Positions 18,326-28,490 of a stretch of DNA of 64,000 nt are shown here, in pieces. The DNA is from an uncultured Pseudomonadales bacterium. Lineage in GTDB: Bacteria > Patescibacteriota > Microgenomatia > UBA1400 > PJMF01. Position 1 is the first letter of the stretch; the number at the start of each line of letters is the position of its first letter. The DNA is taken from positions 5,841 to 69,840 of the forward strand of contig CAYMSV010000001.1 in assembly GCA_964393205.1 (NCBI GenBank), written 5' to 3'. Both the position numbers and the translations under genes were made by a program. Under the pieces are notes generated by a model, which was not told the DNA's origin, ran no database searches, and worked only from the letters and a program-made list of their open reading frames with translations.

Positions 18326-18397
18326 AGTATAGCCGATTTTCTTCTTCTTTTTGTTTTTAATTTATGTTAAATTAAGGATAGTTAAGAAAGCCTGCCT

Positions 18398-19642
18398 ATG
18401 ACTAATATTCAAGATGATCAATTAAATGTAAATAACGACTCCAATACTGTTGTTGTTGATAATAACAATCAACAAACAGAACAAGTTGCTGCTTCTTCAG
18501 ATCAAACTAATAAAGCTGCTCCAACTAAGGCTAATGTTGAAGAACTACTAAGCCAACTAGAAGCTTTAAATAAAGAAATTGCTGCCAAAACAGTTGTTGA
18601 TCAAACTCAGTTGGAAGATAAGAAAGAAGAAACAGAAAAGCTAGAAGCTCCTGCAGCTCAGCCTGCTCTAGAGAGCAGTGATGAAGCTCAGTTGCCAGTT
18701 AGCACTGAAGAAATTAGTCAAGCTCAAGAAACAAGCCAAGCTCAAGAAACAAGCCAAGCTCAAGAAACAACTGAAGAAAATAATAAAAGTCAAACAGATC
18801 TTGATTTGGATAAATTTATTAATGAACTTGAGACAAAAATTGCTCAGAAAAATGATGAGCCAAATCAGGAGCCTAAAGCTGATCAAAATAGTGAGGTGGC
18901 TAATTCTGTTGACCTTGGTCAAGATTCTATGGTTAAGCCCACCCCAATGCCCACTATTACTCCAGATCCAAATTTGACTAGCGTAAATGAAGTAGAAGAT
19001 TCTGTAGTAGAAAAGGAAAATCCGGTTGCGGTTGAAGAAAACTTCAGTCAAGTTCGACCCTCCTTAGATTTATCAGGTGTTAGTGAGCAAGCAACTCCTT
19101 CGTTAACCCTAAATAATGGTCAACTAGAGGAAAAAACCCAAACTCCAGTTGATAATGCTCCAATTTCTCAACCGAAGACAGAGACAGAAGAAACTAAAGT
19201 TGATGATGAGAGCTTGGAGGCTCAAAACCTCTTTACTATGTTGGCTTTAGATACTATCAGTGAAGAGGAAAAACAAGGATTTCTTAAAGATTTAGAACAG
19301 TTAATTTGGGATAATTTTGTCGAAGTAGAGTTACCCCTTTTATTAAACAATGAGGAAAAAAATCAGGCAGATCAAATCTTGGCTGACAGTAGTAAGACAG
19401 AGGATGAACGTAAAGAAGCTCTCTTGGTTTATCTAGATAAATTTGTGCCAAATCTTGAAGATATGATGTACAAGAAAGCCCTGACACTTAAAAAAGAAAT
19501 GTTTGAAGAGAGATTGAAAAAACTCAGAGAAAATGCTACTGAAGCAAATAACTTGAGTCTAATTGCGGACTTAGACCAGATTCAAGAACTAGTCCAAGCT
19601 GGTCGATACAAAACTGCCGTAAATCTTTTGAATAAAGCCTAA
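18398..19642 (+). CDS. acidic low-complexity protein with SQAQET x3 tandem repeat
   Basis: 18-bp coding repeat caagctcaagaaacaagc x3 at about 18709..18770; Glu/Gln/Thr-rich; no homology recognised. Confidence 0.4.
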   Translation: MTNIQDDQLNVNNDSNTVVVDNNNQQTEQVAASSDQTNKAAPTKANVEELLSQLEALNKEIAAKTVVDQTQLEDKKEETEKLEAPAAQPALESSDEAQLPVSTEEISQAQETSQAQETSQAQETTEENNKSQTDLDLDKFINELETKIAQKNDEPNQEPKADQNSEVANSVDLGQDSMVKPTPMPTITPDPNLTSVNEVEDSVVEKENPVAVEENFSQVRPSLDLSGVSEQATPSLTLNNGQLEEKTQTPVDNAPISQPKTETEETKVDDESLEAQNLFTMLALDTISEEEKQGFLKDLEQLIWDNFVEVELPLLLNNEEKNQADQILADSSKTEDERKEALLVYLDKFVPNLEDMMYKKALTLKKEMFEERLKKLRENATEANNLSLIADLDQIQELVQAGRYKTAVNLLNKA

Positions 19643-19663
19643 CTTTCTGCTAAGCTTTGATAT

Positions 19664-20380
19664 ATGGAGAAAGGGATTGAGCTAATTGATCTCAGCTACC
19701 ACTCTTGGGTTTTTTTATGGGATTCCAATGAAGAACGGGCCATTAACTTTGGCCAGGAAGCGCTGGATTGGTGGCAGTGGTACAGACAAGATCAGGGCAA
19801 TGAACACTGGCAACTAATTTTTCCTCTGAAGGCTGGTATTTTGCAGTCAAAGTGGGCTTTGGAGCAGGTTTTGAGGCAAGAGCTTGCTTCAGATCAAATT
19901 AAATTTAAAGAGGCCAAACGCCTTCAAGTCTTAGTAGCTAGCGCTAACAGTGATTTAGAGAAAGAGCTGATTAAGCGACTATTTACTCAAGTTTTTTTAA
20001 AGCCAACTACAATAATTAATCGAGCAGAATTTTTGAATAATTATCTAAAACAAAAACAAGATTTTTCTAAATTAAAATTAATTATAGATATAAATTTAGA
20101 TTTCGCCGAGTTATCTCTATTTTTAGCTGATAAAAAATTGAAAAGTAAACATTTGGCTTTTAGCAAAAACCTAGATGAAGCAGTTTTGATTAAGCGCCTT
20201 AAGGCTGTTTTAGATATGTTTGTTTTAAATGTACCAATTAACTTATTTCAAGAAAAATGGCAATACTTTTACCTTTTCCTTCATCAAGATATGGGAAAAT
20301 CCTTAATTCTAGAGGCTCTTAGTCGACACTTAAAAATGGAGGGTATTCTCAATCAAGAAACACCCAGCAACTATGTTTAA
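19664..20380 (+). CDS. hypothetical protein upstream of mreC
   Basis: 238 aa soluble ORF; stop overlaps mreC start. Confidence 0.4.
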   Translation: MEKGIELIDLSYHSWVFLWDSNEERAINFGQEALDWWQWYRQDQGNEHWQLIFPLKAGILQSKWALEQVLRQELASDQIKFKEAKRLQVLVASANSDLEKELIKRLFTQVFLKPTTIINRAEFLNNYLKQKQDFSKLKLIIDINLDFAELSLFLADKKLKSKHLAFSKNLDEAVLIKRLKAVLDMFVLNVPINLFQEKWQYFYLFLHQDMGKSLILEALSRHLKMEGILNQETPSNYV

Positions 20381-21140
20381 TTATCAAAAAGTGACCCGTT
20401 ATCTTGTTCTAAGTGGTTTAATTGTTTTTATTTTGTTATTAGATTTTTTGGGTTTTTTAAGCTTGACTAGATTGCGTAATGTCATAGTTAATTGGCAAGC
20501 ACGTAATTATCAAGTTGTGCTTAAACTAACTCAGCCAGTTAGTAAATTACGTCAATTTTGGAAATTGCGGCAAAAATTGGAAGATTTAGAATATCGTTAT
20601 CGAGAAAGTTCGGTGCAACTTACTGAGCTAGAAGCTTTGCGTGAAGAAAATCAAGCTTTAAAAAAACTAATAGAGAACACTGATCGTGGATTAGAAAAAA
20701 ATTTAATTGCTCGGCCCATTAGCTCTTTTGCTAAACCAGTATTGGCAATTAGCAGTGATAGTGGTGTGCAAATTGGCTCAGTGGTTTTAGGTGAGGGGAG
20801 TTTATTAGGTTTGATTGAAGACTTCAGTCATCAACAGGCACGAGTTTTGTTACTTAAAGACATGTTGAACCAGGGTATAGTAGCTAAAACAGAGTCAGGT
20901 GCAAGAGGTATTGTAAAAGGTGATGGTAAAAATATCTTATTGACTGAAGTTGCTAGTGAGGCAGAACTTAATCTACGAGACAGAGTGTTAACGCTTGGTC
21001 AAGAAGGGATAGCAGCTGACATTTTTATTGGTAGGATCGCTAGTTTGAAAAATGTTGATTCAGCAAAAGCTACTCAAGAGGCAATCTTACAACAGGATGT
21101 TAGTTTTCATGAATTGAGCTTAGTGGAGGTTCAGCCATGA
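20373..21140 (+). CDS. mreC: rod shape-determining protein MreC
   Basis: N-terminal TM helix, coiled-coil LEDLEYRYRESSVQLTELEALREENQALKKL, C-terminal GSVVLGEGSLLGLIED...LLKD beta domain; followed by mreD and pbp2. Confidence 0.7.
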   Translation: MFNYQKVTRYLVLSGLIVFILLLDFLGFLSLTRLRNVIVNWQARNYQVVLKLTQPVSKLRQFWKLRQKLEDLEYRYRESSVQLTELEALREENQALKKLIENTDRGLEKNLIARPISSFAKPVLAISSDSGVQIGSVVLGEGSLLGLIEDFSHQQARVLLLKDMLNQGIVAKTESGARGIVKGDGKNILLTEVASEAELNLRDRVLTLGQEGIAADIFIGRIASLKNVDSAKATQEAILQQDVSFHELSLVEVQP

Positions 21141-21580
21141 TTTATCTCAATCGATTATTACAAGTTCTTCTCTTAGTTTTTTTATTGAGTATTGAGTCAA
21201 CATTATCTTTACCCATTTTCTCTCTCTTTTTAGCTTTTAGATTAATAGATAAATTTAATTATAGAGATGAGGAAAGTTTTTATTTAATTATTTCTTCTAT
21301 TTTATTGCTTGTTTTAGCTATAGCCTTGTTTTATCAATTAAGTATGAGTAGTAGTTTACTTATTATTGCTATCTATTATTTTTTTCGAAGCTTAATTGGC
21401 AATAAAGTTTTTGCTAAAAATTTTCAACAGTGGCAACTATTACAATTGTTGCTGTTTGCCATTTTACAACTTACGATTTTTTTCTTATCTAATTTAAGCT
21501 TTAACATATTTATGTTTTTACAGGGTTTAATTATTTTTGTTTTACTTTTTTTTAAAATTAGTGCTGTAGGTAAATTATGA
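21137..21580 (+). CDS. mreD: MreD-like membrane protein
   Basis: 147 aa, 4-5 TM helices, between mreC and pbp2 with 4-nt overlaps. Confidence 0.5.
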   Translation: MIYLNRLLQVLLLVFLLSIESTLSLPIFSLFLAFRLIDKFNYRDEESFYLIISSILLLVLAIALFYQLSMSSSLLIIAIYYFFRSLIGNKVFAKNFQQWQLLQLLLFAILQLTIFFLSNLSFNIFMFLQGLIIFVLLFFKISAVGKL

Positions 21581-23427
21581 AAAAAAATAGATTTATCTAT
21601 GGAGATCGCCAAAAACTGTTTTTTTGCTGTACTCTTTTAGTATCTATTTTTGTTTTACTTTTAGCTCGTTTAATTGATTTGCAATTGGTTCGGGGACAAG
21701 TATTGGCTGAATTAGCTAATCAGAACCGTTATTTTTCTAAGAATTATCTGGTTGAGCGAGCTTTGATTTTTGATCGTTATCAACAACCTTTAGTTAAAAA
21801 CCGTCCTAATTATTATTTGCTTTCAGACCCTCATCAACTCTATAGTCAACAAGAACTAATAGATCATGATCAGGCTTTATTTATGATGGCTACTGATAGC
21901 GCTTCACTTGAGCGAGATTTTTCTAGGATTTATACTTATCCTCAAACTTTAGCCCATGTTTTAGGTTACGTGACGGGGATTACGGCTGATGATTTAGTCG
22001 AAAATAAACAATTAAATTTTGCTGAACAATTTGGTCGCACAGGTTTGGAAAGATTTTTTGATAATTCACTACGAGCTACTCCAGGAACCGAAGTTTTTGA
22101 GGTAGATGCGCTGGGATATAAACAACAACTAGTCAGTAAAACAGAGGCTTTTTTTGGCAGTAATCTTTTTAGTAGTCTTGATCCTTTTTTATCAGAAGTG
22201 GCTTATCAAGCTTTGGCAGACAGAAAAGGTGCAGTGGTGATCATGGATGCGCAGACTGGCCAAATCTTAACTTTGATTAGTAGTCCTAGTTTTGATCCTA
22301 ATTTGTTTGAAAAAGTTCGTTTAGCACGTCTAGCAGACCAGCCAAATTCTGAGGAGCAAAAAGAATTGCTTGCTCAAATACAAGATGACAGACAATTATT
22401 TTTTAATCGGGCTGTCAGTGGTAACTATCCTCCTGGTTCAGTTTTTAAACTAATAACTGCTTTAGCAGCTTTGGAAGAGGGAGTTCTTGACCAATCAACT
22501 ACCGTTTTAGATGAAGGGGTGTTGGAGGTGGGCGAATATCAATATGCAAACTGGTATTACACTCAATATGGTCGAGCTGAAGGTGAAATTAATTTACTAA
22601 GAGCTATTATTCGTAGCAATGACATTTTCTTTTATAAAGCGGCAGAGTGGCTTGGTCCTCAAAAATTAGCAGAATACTCAAGGATTTTCGGCTTGGGTAA
22701 GGCAACAGGTATCGAGTTACATGGAGAAGCACTGGGTTTAGTACCTGATCCTAGTTGGAAAGAAGAGCATTTCGGAGAAAAGTGGTTTTTAGGTAATACT
22801 TATCATTTTGGCATTGGTCAAGGAGATGTATTAGTTAGTCCTTTACAATTAACTCAAGTTTTTCAAGCTTTGAGTAATGGTGGAGTGATGTGTCGGCCAA
22901 CCTTGTTAATGAGTGTTAAAGAGTGTCAAGATCTATCTTTTGAAGAAGAAAATTTAGATTTAATTAGTCAAGCTCTATTAGGTGTAGCTCAGGAAGGAGG
23001 GACAGCTTTTCCTCTATTTGATTATAATCAGATCTTGTCCTCAACTTTGAGGAGTAGATTGGGAGAACAAGTTTTTGAAAGTTTGAGCGCTAAAGAAAAA
23101 ATCAGAGCTGGAATGGTAGCAGGTAAAACTGGAACTTCGGAGTTTGGTGGTGTTGATCAACGTGGATATCGTGCCACCCACGCCTGGTTTTCTAGCGTAG
23201 TAGGTTTAAATAAGCAATTAATTTTAGACCATTGGCAAGAATTAGGTTTAGAGAATGCTAGCCCAGAACAAGAGCTTTGGTTGGAGGCTTTGGCTGATAA
23301 TCAATTACCTAAGGAGATAGTTATCACTGTTTTGGTTGAAAGTGATGAAGATGTCAAATATCGAGAAGGTTCGGCTGATGCAGCACCAGTTGTTAGAGAA
23401 ATTTTAGAGTGGATGACTGGTTTCTAG
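21577..23427 (+). CDS. mrdA: penicillin-binding protein 2 (elongasome transpeptidase)
   Basis: SxxK SVFK, SxN RSND, KTGT motifs; N-terminal TM anchor; mreCD context. Confidence 0.85.
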   Translation: MKKNRFIYGDRQKLFFCCTLLVSIFVLLLARLIDLQLVRGQVLAELANQNRYFSKNYLVERALIFDRYQQPLVKNRPNYYLLSDPHQLYSQQELIDHDQALFMMATDSASLERDFSRIYTYPQTLAHVLGYVTGITADDLVENKQLNFAEQFGRTGLERFFDNSLRATPGTEVFEVDALGYKQQLVSKTEAFFGSNLFSSLDPFLSEVAYQALADRKGAVVIMDAQTGQILTLISSPSFDPNLFEKVRLARLADQPNSEEQKELLAQIQDDRQLFFNRAVSGNYPPGSVFKLITALAALEEGVLDQSTTVLDEGVLEVGEYQYANWYYTQYGRAEGEINLLRAIIRSNDIFFYKAAEWLGPQKLAEYSRIFGLGKATGIELHGEALGLVPDPSWKEEHFGEKWFLGNTYHFGIGQGDVLVSPLQLTQVFQALSNGGVMCRPTLLMSVKECQDLSFEEENLDLISQALLGVAQEGGTAFPLFDYNQILSSTLRSRLGEQVFESLSAKEKIRAGMVAGKTGTSEFGGVDQRGYRATHAWFSSVVGLNKQLILDHWQELGLENASPEQELWLEALADNQLPKEIVITVLVESDEDVKYREGSADAAPVVREILEWMTGF

Positions 23428-23482
23428 GTTTCAAGTTTACGATGTTAACTTAATTGTCATTTCTATTTTTTATTATTCTTTG

Positions 23483-24643
23483 ATGTCTCAATTTAGCAAA
23501 AGTCATTTAACTGCTCTGTGGTCAGTGAAGGGCATAGGGCTCATGAGTTTTAAACGCTGTTTATTTGAGCAGAAGAAAAACCGAATTAGTGATGAAGATT
23601 TTTGGGTGAACAGAGAGGGGGTATGGCAAAAATCATCGCTGTCTAAAAGACAGGTAGAATCAATTAAAAAATTCAAAAAAGAACATAATTTTACTAATTA
23701 TTATCATACATTAAAAACTAAAAAAGTTCGGGTGCTTTTAGATAGGGATAGAAATTATCCGCCCTTGCTTAAAATGATTGCTCAGGCACCCCCAGTTTTA
23801 TTTGTAAAATCTAATCAAAAGTTGAGTGCAAATTTTTGGCAGAAGCTGTTTTTGTCGGTGGTTGGCACGAGGCGAATTACTAGTTATGGACGTTTAGTGA
23901 GTAAAACATTACTGCGAGATATTATTAGATCTAGTCAGGCTAAATTAGTCTCTGGTTTTATGTATGGAGTTGATGTGGAAGCTATGAAAATAGCTCATCA
24001 ATTAACTCAAGCAATAGGTATTTTAGGTTACGGATTTGATTATTGTTACCCGAGACACCAGCAATCACTAATGGAGAAAATGCTTGAGGAGGGGGCTGTT
24101 TTCCTTAGCGAATACCCTCCAACTACTCAACCGAGTGCGGGCAGTTTTGTTCAGAGAAACAGGATTATTGCTGGTTTAGCGCAAGCAGTGATGATTATTG
24201 AAGCAGCCGAGAACAGTGGCAGCCTAATTACTGCTCAAAATGCCCTAGATGAAGGACGAACAATTTTAGCGGTGCCTGGTCCAATTAGTAATCCCTATTC
24301 TCGAGCTTGTCACAAGTTGATTCAAGAAGGAGCTCATTTAGTTGCCAGTGTTGAGGATTTTTATTCAGCTCTTCATTTAGTTAAGGAGAAGGCTTGTTTG
24401 TCAGCAAATGATCAGGAGCAAGATCAAACACGAAATGAGTTTAAAACTCATTTTGTAACAGCTTTGTCAGTTCAAGAAGAAAAAATAATAAAAGCTTTAC
24501 GTAATCAGGGAACAGCTCTCTCTTTTGATCAATTAGCTCAATCAAATTCTTATAAACATGGAGAGTTAGCAGAATGGCTTTTACAGTTACAAATCAAAAA
24601 AATTATTAAACAGGAGGGGCAAAATTACATCTTAAAAAGCTAA
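23483..24643 (+). CDS. dprA: DNA processing protein DprA (Smf)
   Basis: GSLITAQNALDEGRTILAVPGPI Rossmann-like DprA core. Confidence 0.8.
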   Translation: MSQFSKSHLTALWSVKGIGLMSFKRCLFEQKKNRISDEDFWVNREGVWQKSSLSKRQVESIKKFKKEHNFTNYYHTLKTKKVRVLLDRDRNYPPLLKMIAQAPPVLFVKSNQKLSANFWQKLFLSVVGTRRITSYGRLVSKTLLRDIIRSSQAKLVSGFMYGVDVEAMKIAHQLTQAIGILGYGFDYCYPRHQQSLMEKMLEEGAVFLSEYPPTTQPSAGSFVQRNRIIAGLAQAVMIIEAAENSGSLITAQNALDEGRTILAVPGPISNPYSRACHKLIQEGAHLVASVEDFYSALHLVKEKACLSANDQEQDQTRNEFKTHFVTALSVQEEKIIKALRNQGTALSFDQLAQSNSYKHGELAEWLLQLQIKKIIKQEGQNYILKS

Positions 24644-24662
24644 GCTACAGTTGCTTTTTTTT
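24644..24662 (+). terminator. weak terminator after dprA
   Basis: 4-5-bp AAGC/GCTT stem followed by an 8-nt T run; weak stem. Confidence 0.3.
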
Positions 24663-24737
24663 CCTTAATCCTTTTAAAATGAGGGCTTAGCGCTTGCATT
24701 GATCACTATAATAGACAAGCAGTAAAAGAAAATCATT

Positions 24738-26969
24738 ATGGATTTAGTTATTGTTGAATCACCCACCAAGGCCAGGAAGCTCAAGTCATATTTGGGCAAG
24801 GACTTTGTGATAGAGGCATCTGTTGGTCATGTTAGAGATTTGCCTAAGAAAAATTTGGGAATCGATTTGGAAAACAATTATCAGCCGGTTTATGAGGTAA
24901 GTGATGATAAAAAAAAGGTAGTGAGTAAGCTTCGTGGCTTGGCTAGAGAAGCCAAAAATGTTTATTTAGCGATGGATCCAGATCGTGAAGGAGAGGCGAT
25001 TGCTTGGCACATTCAATATTTATTGGAAAATGATCGGGCAATGAAGAAAAAGGATAAAGTAGATCGTAGTTTTTTACGTTCTACCTTTCATGAGATCACT
25101 AAGCCAGCAGTTATTAAAGCGATTAATAAGCCAGGAACTATTAATATAGATTTGGTCGATGCTCAACAAGCAAGAAGAATTTTGGATCGTTTAGTTGGTT
25201 ACAAAGTATCACCAGTTTTATGGAAAAAGGTCAGGCGAGGTTTATCTGCTGGACGAGTCCAGTCAGTAGCGTTGCGACTCATTGTAGAGAGAGAAAGAGA
25301 AATTGAAGCTTTTAAAAGCGAAGAGTATTGGGAATTCGCTGTCGCACTAGCGATTCCAGATCATTTTAAGCAAGAAGAGCTGGATAAATTACGTCAAAAA
25401 GAAGCTATTTTTCTTGAAAATAGACCAAAAGATGATTTAGCTAAAGAAATTTTATTATTATCAGTAGAAAAATTAGAAGATAAAAAATTAAAAATTGATA
25501 ATGAAGCTCAGGCCAAAGAAGTTATTAAAGACTTAGATGAGGCAAGCTATAAAGTTAAAGATTTAAATCAGGTTGAAAGACGTCGTCAAAGTTTACCTCC
25601 ATTCACTACTTCACTGCTACAACAGACTGCAGCCAACCGTTTTGGTTTTAGTGCTAGTCAGACCATGAGTTTAGCCCAGCGTCTTTATGAAGAAGGTTTA
25701 ATTACCTATCATCGTACTGATGCCTTTTATTTAGCTAAAAGTGCAGTGGAATCGGCACGTCAATATATTGCTCAAGAATTTGGTCAAGAATACTTGCCAA
25801 GTAAAGCACGCCACTTTAGTAAAAAAAGTAAGAACTCTCAAGAAGCTCACGAAGCAATTCGAGCCACGGACTTGAGTATTACAAAAGACAATGTTGGTCA
25901 AAAAACTAGTAAATTAACTGCTAATCACATCAAGCTCTATGATTTAATTTGGAGAAGATTTTTAGCTTCACAAATGAGTGAAGCTGTTTATGATCAAACC
26001 ACTATTTTGGTAAGTGCTACTCCTAAGAATAGTGACAAAGAATACGAACTAAAAGTTGTTGGTTCTGTTATGAGATTTCCTGGTTGGCGACGCTTGTTTA
26101 ATCAAAAAAGCGATCTGTTGTTGCCGGAAGTTAAGGTTGATCAAAAATTGCATTATCTAGCTCAATGCCCAATGCAAAAATTTACTCAACCACCAGCTAG
26201 ATACAACGACGCATCTTTGGTTAAAGAATTAGAAAAAAGAGGCATTGGTCGTCCTAGTACTTATGCCTCCATCATTTCAGTGATTAGACAAAGAGGTTAC
26301 GTAGAAAGACAAAATCGTAGATTTTTTGCTACACCAATCGGTACAACGGTTAGTGATTTTTTACTAAAACACTTCACGGTATTGATGGACTATGATTTTA
26401 CTGCCACGATAGAAGAAAGTTTAGACAAAATAGCTGAGGGGAAAAAAGTTTGGACGAAAGTGGTTGACCTTTTTTATCAACCATTAGCTAAGAAAATTGA
26501 ATCAGTGAGTAAAGAAGCAGATAGAGTAGCAGTGCCAGTTGAAAAAACCGGCGAAAGTTGTCCCGATTGCGCCAAATTAGTCAAAGCTGGCGAGCTAGAA
26601 GCTAAAGAAGCAGGAGAAATAGTCATTCGTTCTGGTCGTTTTGGTAAGTTTAAGAGCTGTAGTCGTTTTCCAGATTGTAAATATACTGAAAACTTAGTTG
26701 AAAAACTGGGTGATCAACTTTGTCCTCTGTGTGGGAAGGGTGATATTATCATTAAAAACACTCGTTGGGGCAAATCTTTTTATGGTTGCTCTGATTATCC
26801 AAAATGTACATGGGCTTCTTGGAAAAAGCCAGAACCTGGATATAAGTTAAGTCAGGCTGAGTGGGAAGAAATTCAGGCCAAGCGGGCTGCTTGGAAGGCT
26901 AAACGAGCTAAAGGTAAAAGTAAAAAAACTACAACTAAGAAGGCTAGTAAAAAGAAAAAATCTTCATGA
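24738..26969 (+). CDS. topA: DNA topoisomerase I with C-terminal Zn ribbons and Lys-rich tail
   Basis: MDLVIVESPTKARKL TOPRIM N-terminus, ITYHRTD active-site Tyr region, several CxxC...CxxC fingers, KKASKKKKSS tail. Confidence 0.9.
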   Translation: MDLVIVESPTKARKLKSYLGKDFVIEASVGHVRDLPKKNLGIDLENNYQPVYEVSDDKKKVVSKLRGLAREAKNVYLAMDPDREGEAIAWHIQYLLENDRAMKKKDKVDRSFLRSTFHEITKPAVIKAINKPGTINIDLVDAQQARRILDRLVGYKVSPVLWKKVRRGLSAGRVQSVALRLIVEREREIEAFKSEEYWEFAVALAIPDHFKQEELDKLRQKEAIFLENRPKDDLAKEILLLSVEKLEDKKLKIDNEAQAKEVIKDLDEASYKVKDLNQVERRRQSLPPFTTSLLQQTAANRFGFSASQTMSLAQRLYEEGLITYHRTDAFYLAKSAVESARQYIAQEFGQEYLPSKARHFSKKSKNSQEAHEAIRATDLSITKDNVGQKTSKLTANHIKLYDLIWRRFLASQMSEAVYDQTTILVSATPKNSDKEYELKVVGSVMRFPGWRRLFNQKSDLLLPEVKVDQKLHYLAQCPMQKFTQPPARYNDASLVKELEKRGIGRPSTYASIISVIRQRGYVERQNRRFFATPIGTTVSDFLLKHFTVLMDYDFTATIEESLDKIAEGKKVWTKVVDLFYQPLAKKIESVSKEADRVAVPVEKTGESCPDCAKLVKAGELEAKEAGEIVIRSGRFGKFKSCSRFPDCKYTENLVEKLGDQLCPLCGKGDIIIKNTRWGKSFYGCSDYPKCTWASWKKPEPGYKLSQAEWEEIQAKRAAWKAKRAKGKSKKTTTKKASKKKKSS

Positions 26970-27574
26970 AAGTAGTGCTTTTTGGTGGAAGTTTTAACCC
27001 TCCTCATCTTGGTCATCAACAAATGGTCAAATCAGTATTGGAAATGGGACTGGTTGATCAAATTTGGTATTTGCCAGTGGGTAAACACGATTTTGACAAA
27101 AATGTTGTTGCGGCTGATCGGCGCCTAGAAATGCTCGAGCTTATTTTACCCAAAGCAGGAGAGGAGTTCTTTAATCAAATAAAAATTGAAGATTGCGAAA
27201 TTCGTTATTTTCAAACTAGTTATACCGCGACCACTCTAGATTATTTAAGTGCTCGCTATCCACAACATCAATTTTCTTTTTTAATGGGTAGTGACAATTT
27301 GGCTAAATTTCATCTTTGGTACGATCAATTGGGTAGGGATTATCAGTATCTGCTCAATAATTATCCAACCTATGTTTATCCAAGAGTGGGTTTTCCTCTC
27401 GAGCCTTTATACAAAAACATGATTCCCTTATCTCAATTAGAAGCAGTTGCTGTTTCTTCTACTCAAGTGAGAGAGGCTTTGGCAAATGCTGGCAAAGAAG
27501 CAGATTTAGCAAAATTACTTGACCAAAAAATTATTAAGTATATTGCGAAACATAATCTATATGCCTCAAGCTAA
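26966..27574 (+). CDS. nadD: nicotinate-nucleotide adenylyltransferase
   Basis: GGSFNPPHLGHQ (H/T)xGH nucleotidyltransferase motif; 4-nt overlap with topA. Confidence 0.85.
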   Translation: MKVVLFGGSFNPPHLGHQQMVKSVLEMGLVDQIWYLPVGKHDFDKNVVAADRRLEMLELILPKAGEEFFNQIKIEDCEIRYFQTSYTATTLDYLSARYPQHQFSFLMGSDNLAKFHLWYDQLGRDYQYLLNNYPTYVYPRVGFPLEPLYKNMIPLSQLEAVAVSSTQVREALANAGKEADLAKLLDQKIIKYIAKHNLYASS

Positions 27575-27872
27575 ATACCAAATTTACTATCAAAAAATGA
27601 TTGATGATAACCGATCTGCGTTTGATCAATTTGCTAAAATTCATCAGCAATTTGAGCAAGATGAAGAAAAAAATGGAGAAGCTTTTCATCAGTTGGGTAA
27701 AGAAATTTTAGATATTATTCGTGATTATGATCGTCGACTATGTGCAGCTATGGGTCGAGGTATTTATAGTGTTTATTCTGATAAACTTTCTCAAAAGTTT
27801 TGGGATTTAGTCAGAGCAGATTTTTCCAAAATTGATATGGTGGGCGTAAAAATTAAAAAACCCACTAGTTAA
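27561..27872 (+). CDS. hypothetical protein
   Basis: ATG 27561 overlaps nadD end; track start 27519 is TTG; no homology recognised. Confidence 0.35.
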   Translation: MPQAKYQIYYQKMIDDNRSAFDQFAKIHQQFEQDEEKNGEAFHQLGKEILDIIRDYDRRLCAAMGRGIYSVYSDKLSQKFWDLVRADFSKIDMVGVKIKKPTS

Positions 27873-27929
27873 TTGTCTGATTTTTATCTGGTTTTGTTTC
27901 TTTAATTAAAATTATGTTATAGTTTCTCT

Positions 27930-28490
27930 ATGAATAAAACAGTGCGCATTATCTTTAATGCTAGCGAAATCAAAGAGATTGTCGACCAAGCTAGAAAAAA
28001 GGGTAAAAAAATTGTTTTAACTCAAGGTTCCTTTGATTTAGTGCACATTGGTCATGCTCGTTATTGTGAAAAAGCCAAATCATACGGGGACTTGTTGATT
28101 GTCGGAGTTGATAGTGATGAAAAAGTAAGAAAGCGCAAAGGTCAACATCGACCAATTGTTCCACAAAACGAAAGAATGGAGATGCTCACTCACTTACGCA
28201 GTGTCGATTATGTGGTGCTGAAAGAATTGAGTGATGCAAAATTTAATCTAATTAAAACGATTAAGCCAGACGTTTTGGTAGCAACCAAAGAAACCTATGA
28301 CATAGAAACAATTCGCAAATTAGAAGAAATATGCGGAAAAATTGTGGTCTTGGAGCCAATGGCAACCACCAGTACCACTGGTAAAATTCGTCTAATGCAG
28401 ATGAATACTGCTAATAAAATTAAAGATAAAATGGCTAGCCAATTAATTAATACAATAGAAGACGTACTAGCAGAATTTAAAGAGGATTAA
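27930..28490 (+). CDS. cytidylyltransferase-fold nucleotidyltransferase, RfaE domain II-like
   Basis: GSFDLVHIGHARY...LIVGVDSDEKVRKRKGQHRPIVPQNERMEMLTHLRSVDYVV aligns with the HldE C-terminal adenylyltransferase domain (recalled from memory). Confidence 0.6.
   Translation: MNKTVRIIFNASEIKEIVDQARKKGKKIVLTQGSFDLVHIGHARYCEKAKSYGDLLIVGVDSDEKVRKRKGQHRPIVPQNERMEMLTHLRSVDYVVLKELSDAKFNLIKTIKPDVLVATKETYDIETIRKLEEICGKIVVLEPMATTSTTGKIRLMQMNTANKIKDKMASQLINTIEDVLAEFKED

Noticed and set aside
18668-19487. ORFs 18668..19051-, 18678..18977+, 19284..19487- nested in the acidic repeat protein
   Set aside because: Low-complexity frames generated by the repeat-rich, AT-rich sequence; nested within the longer ORF.
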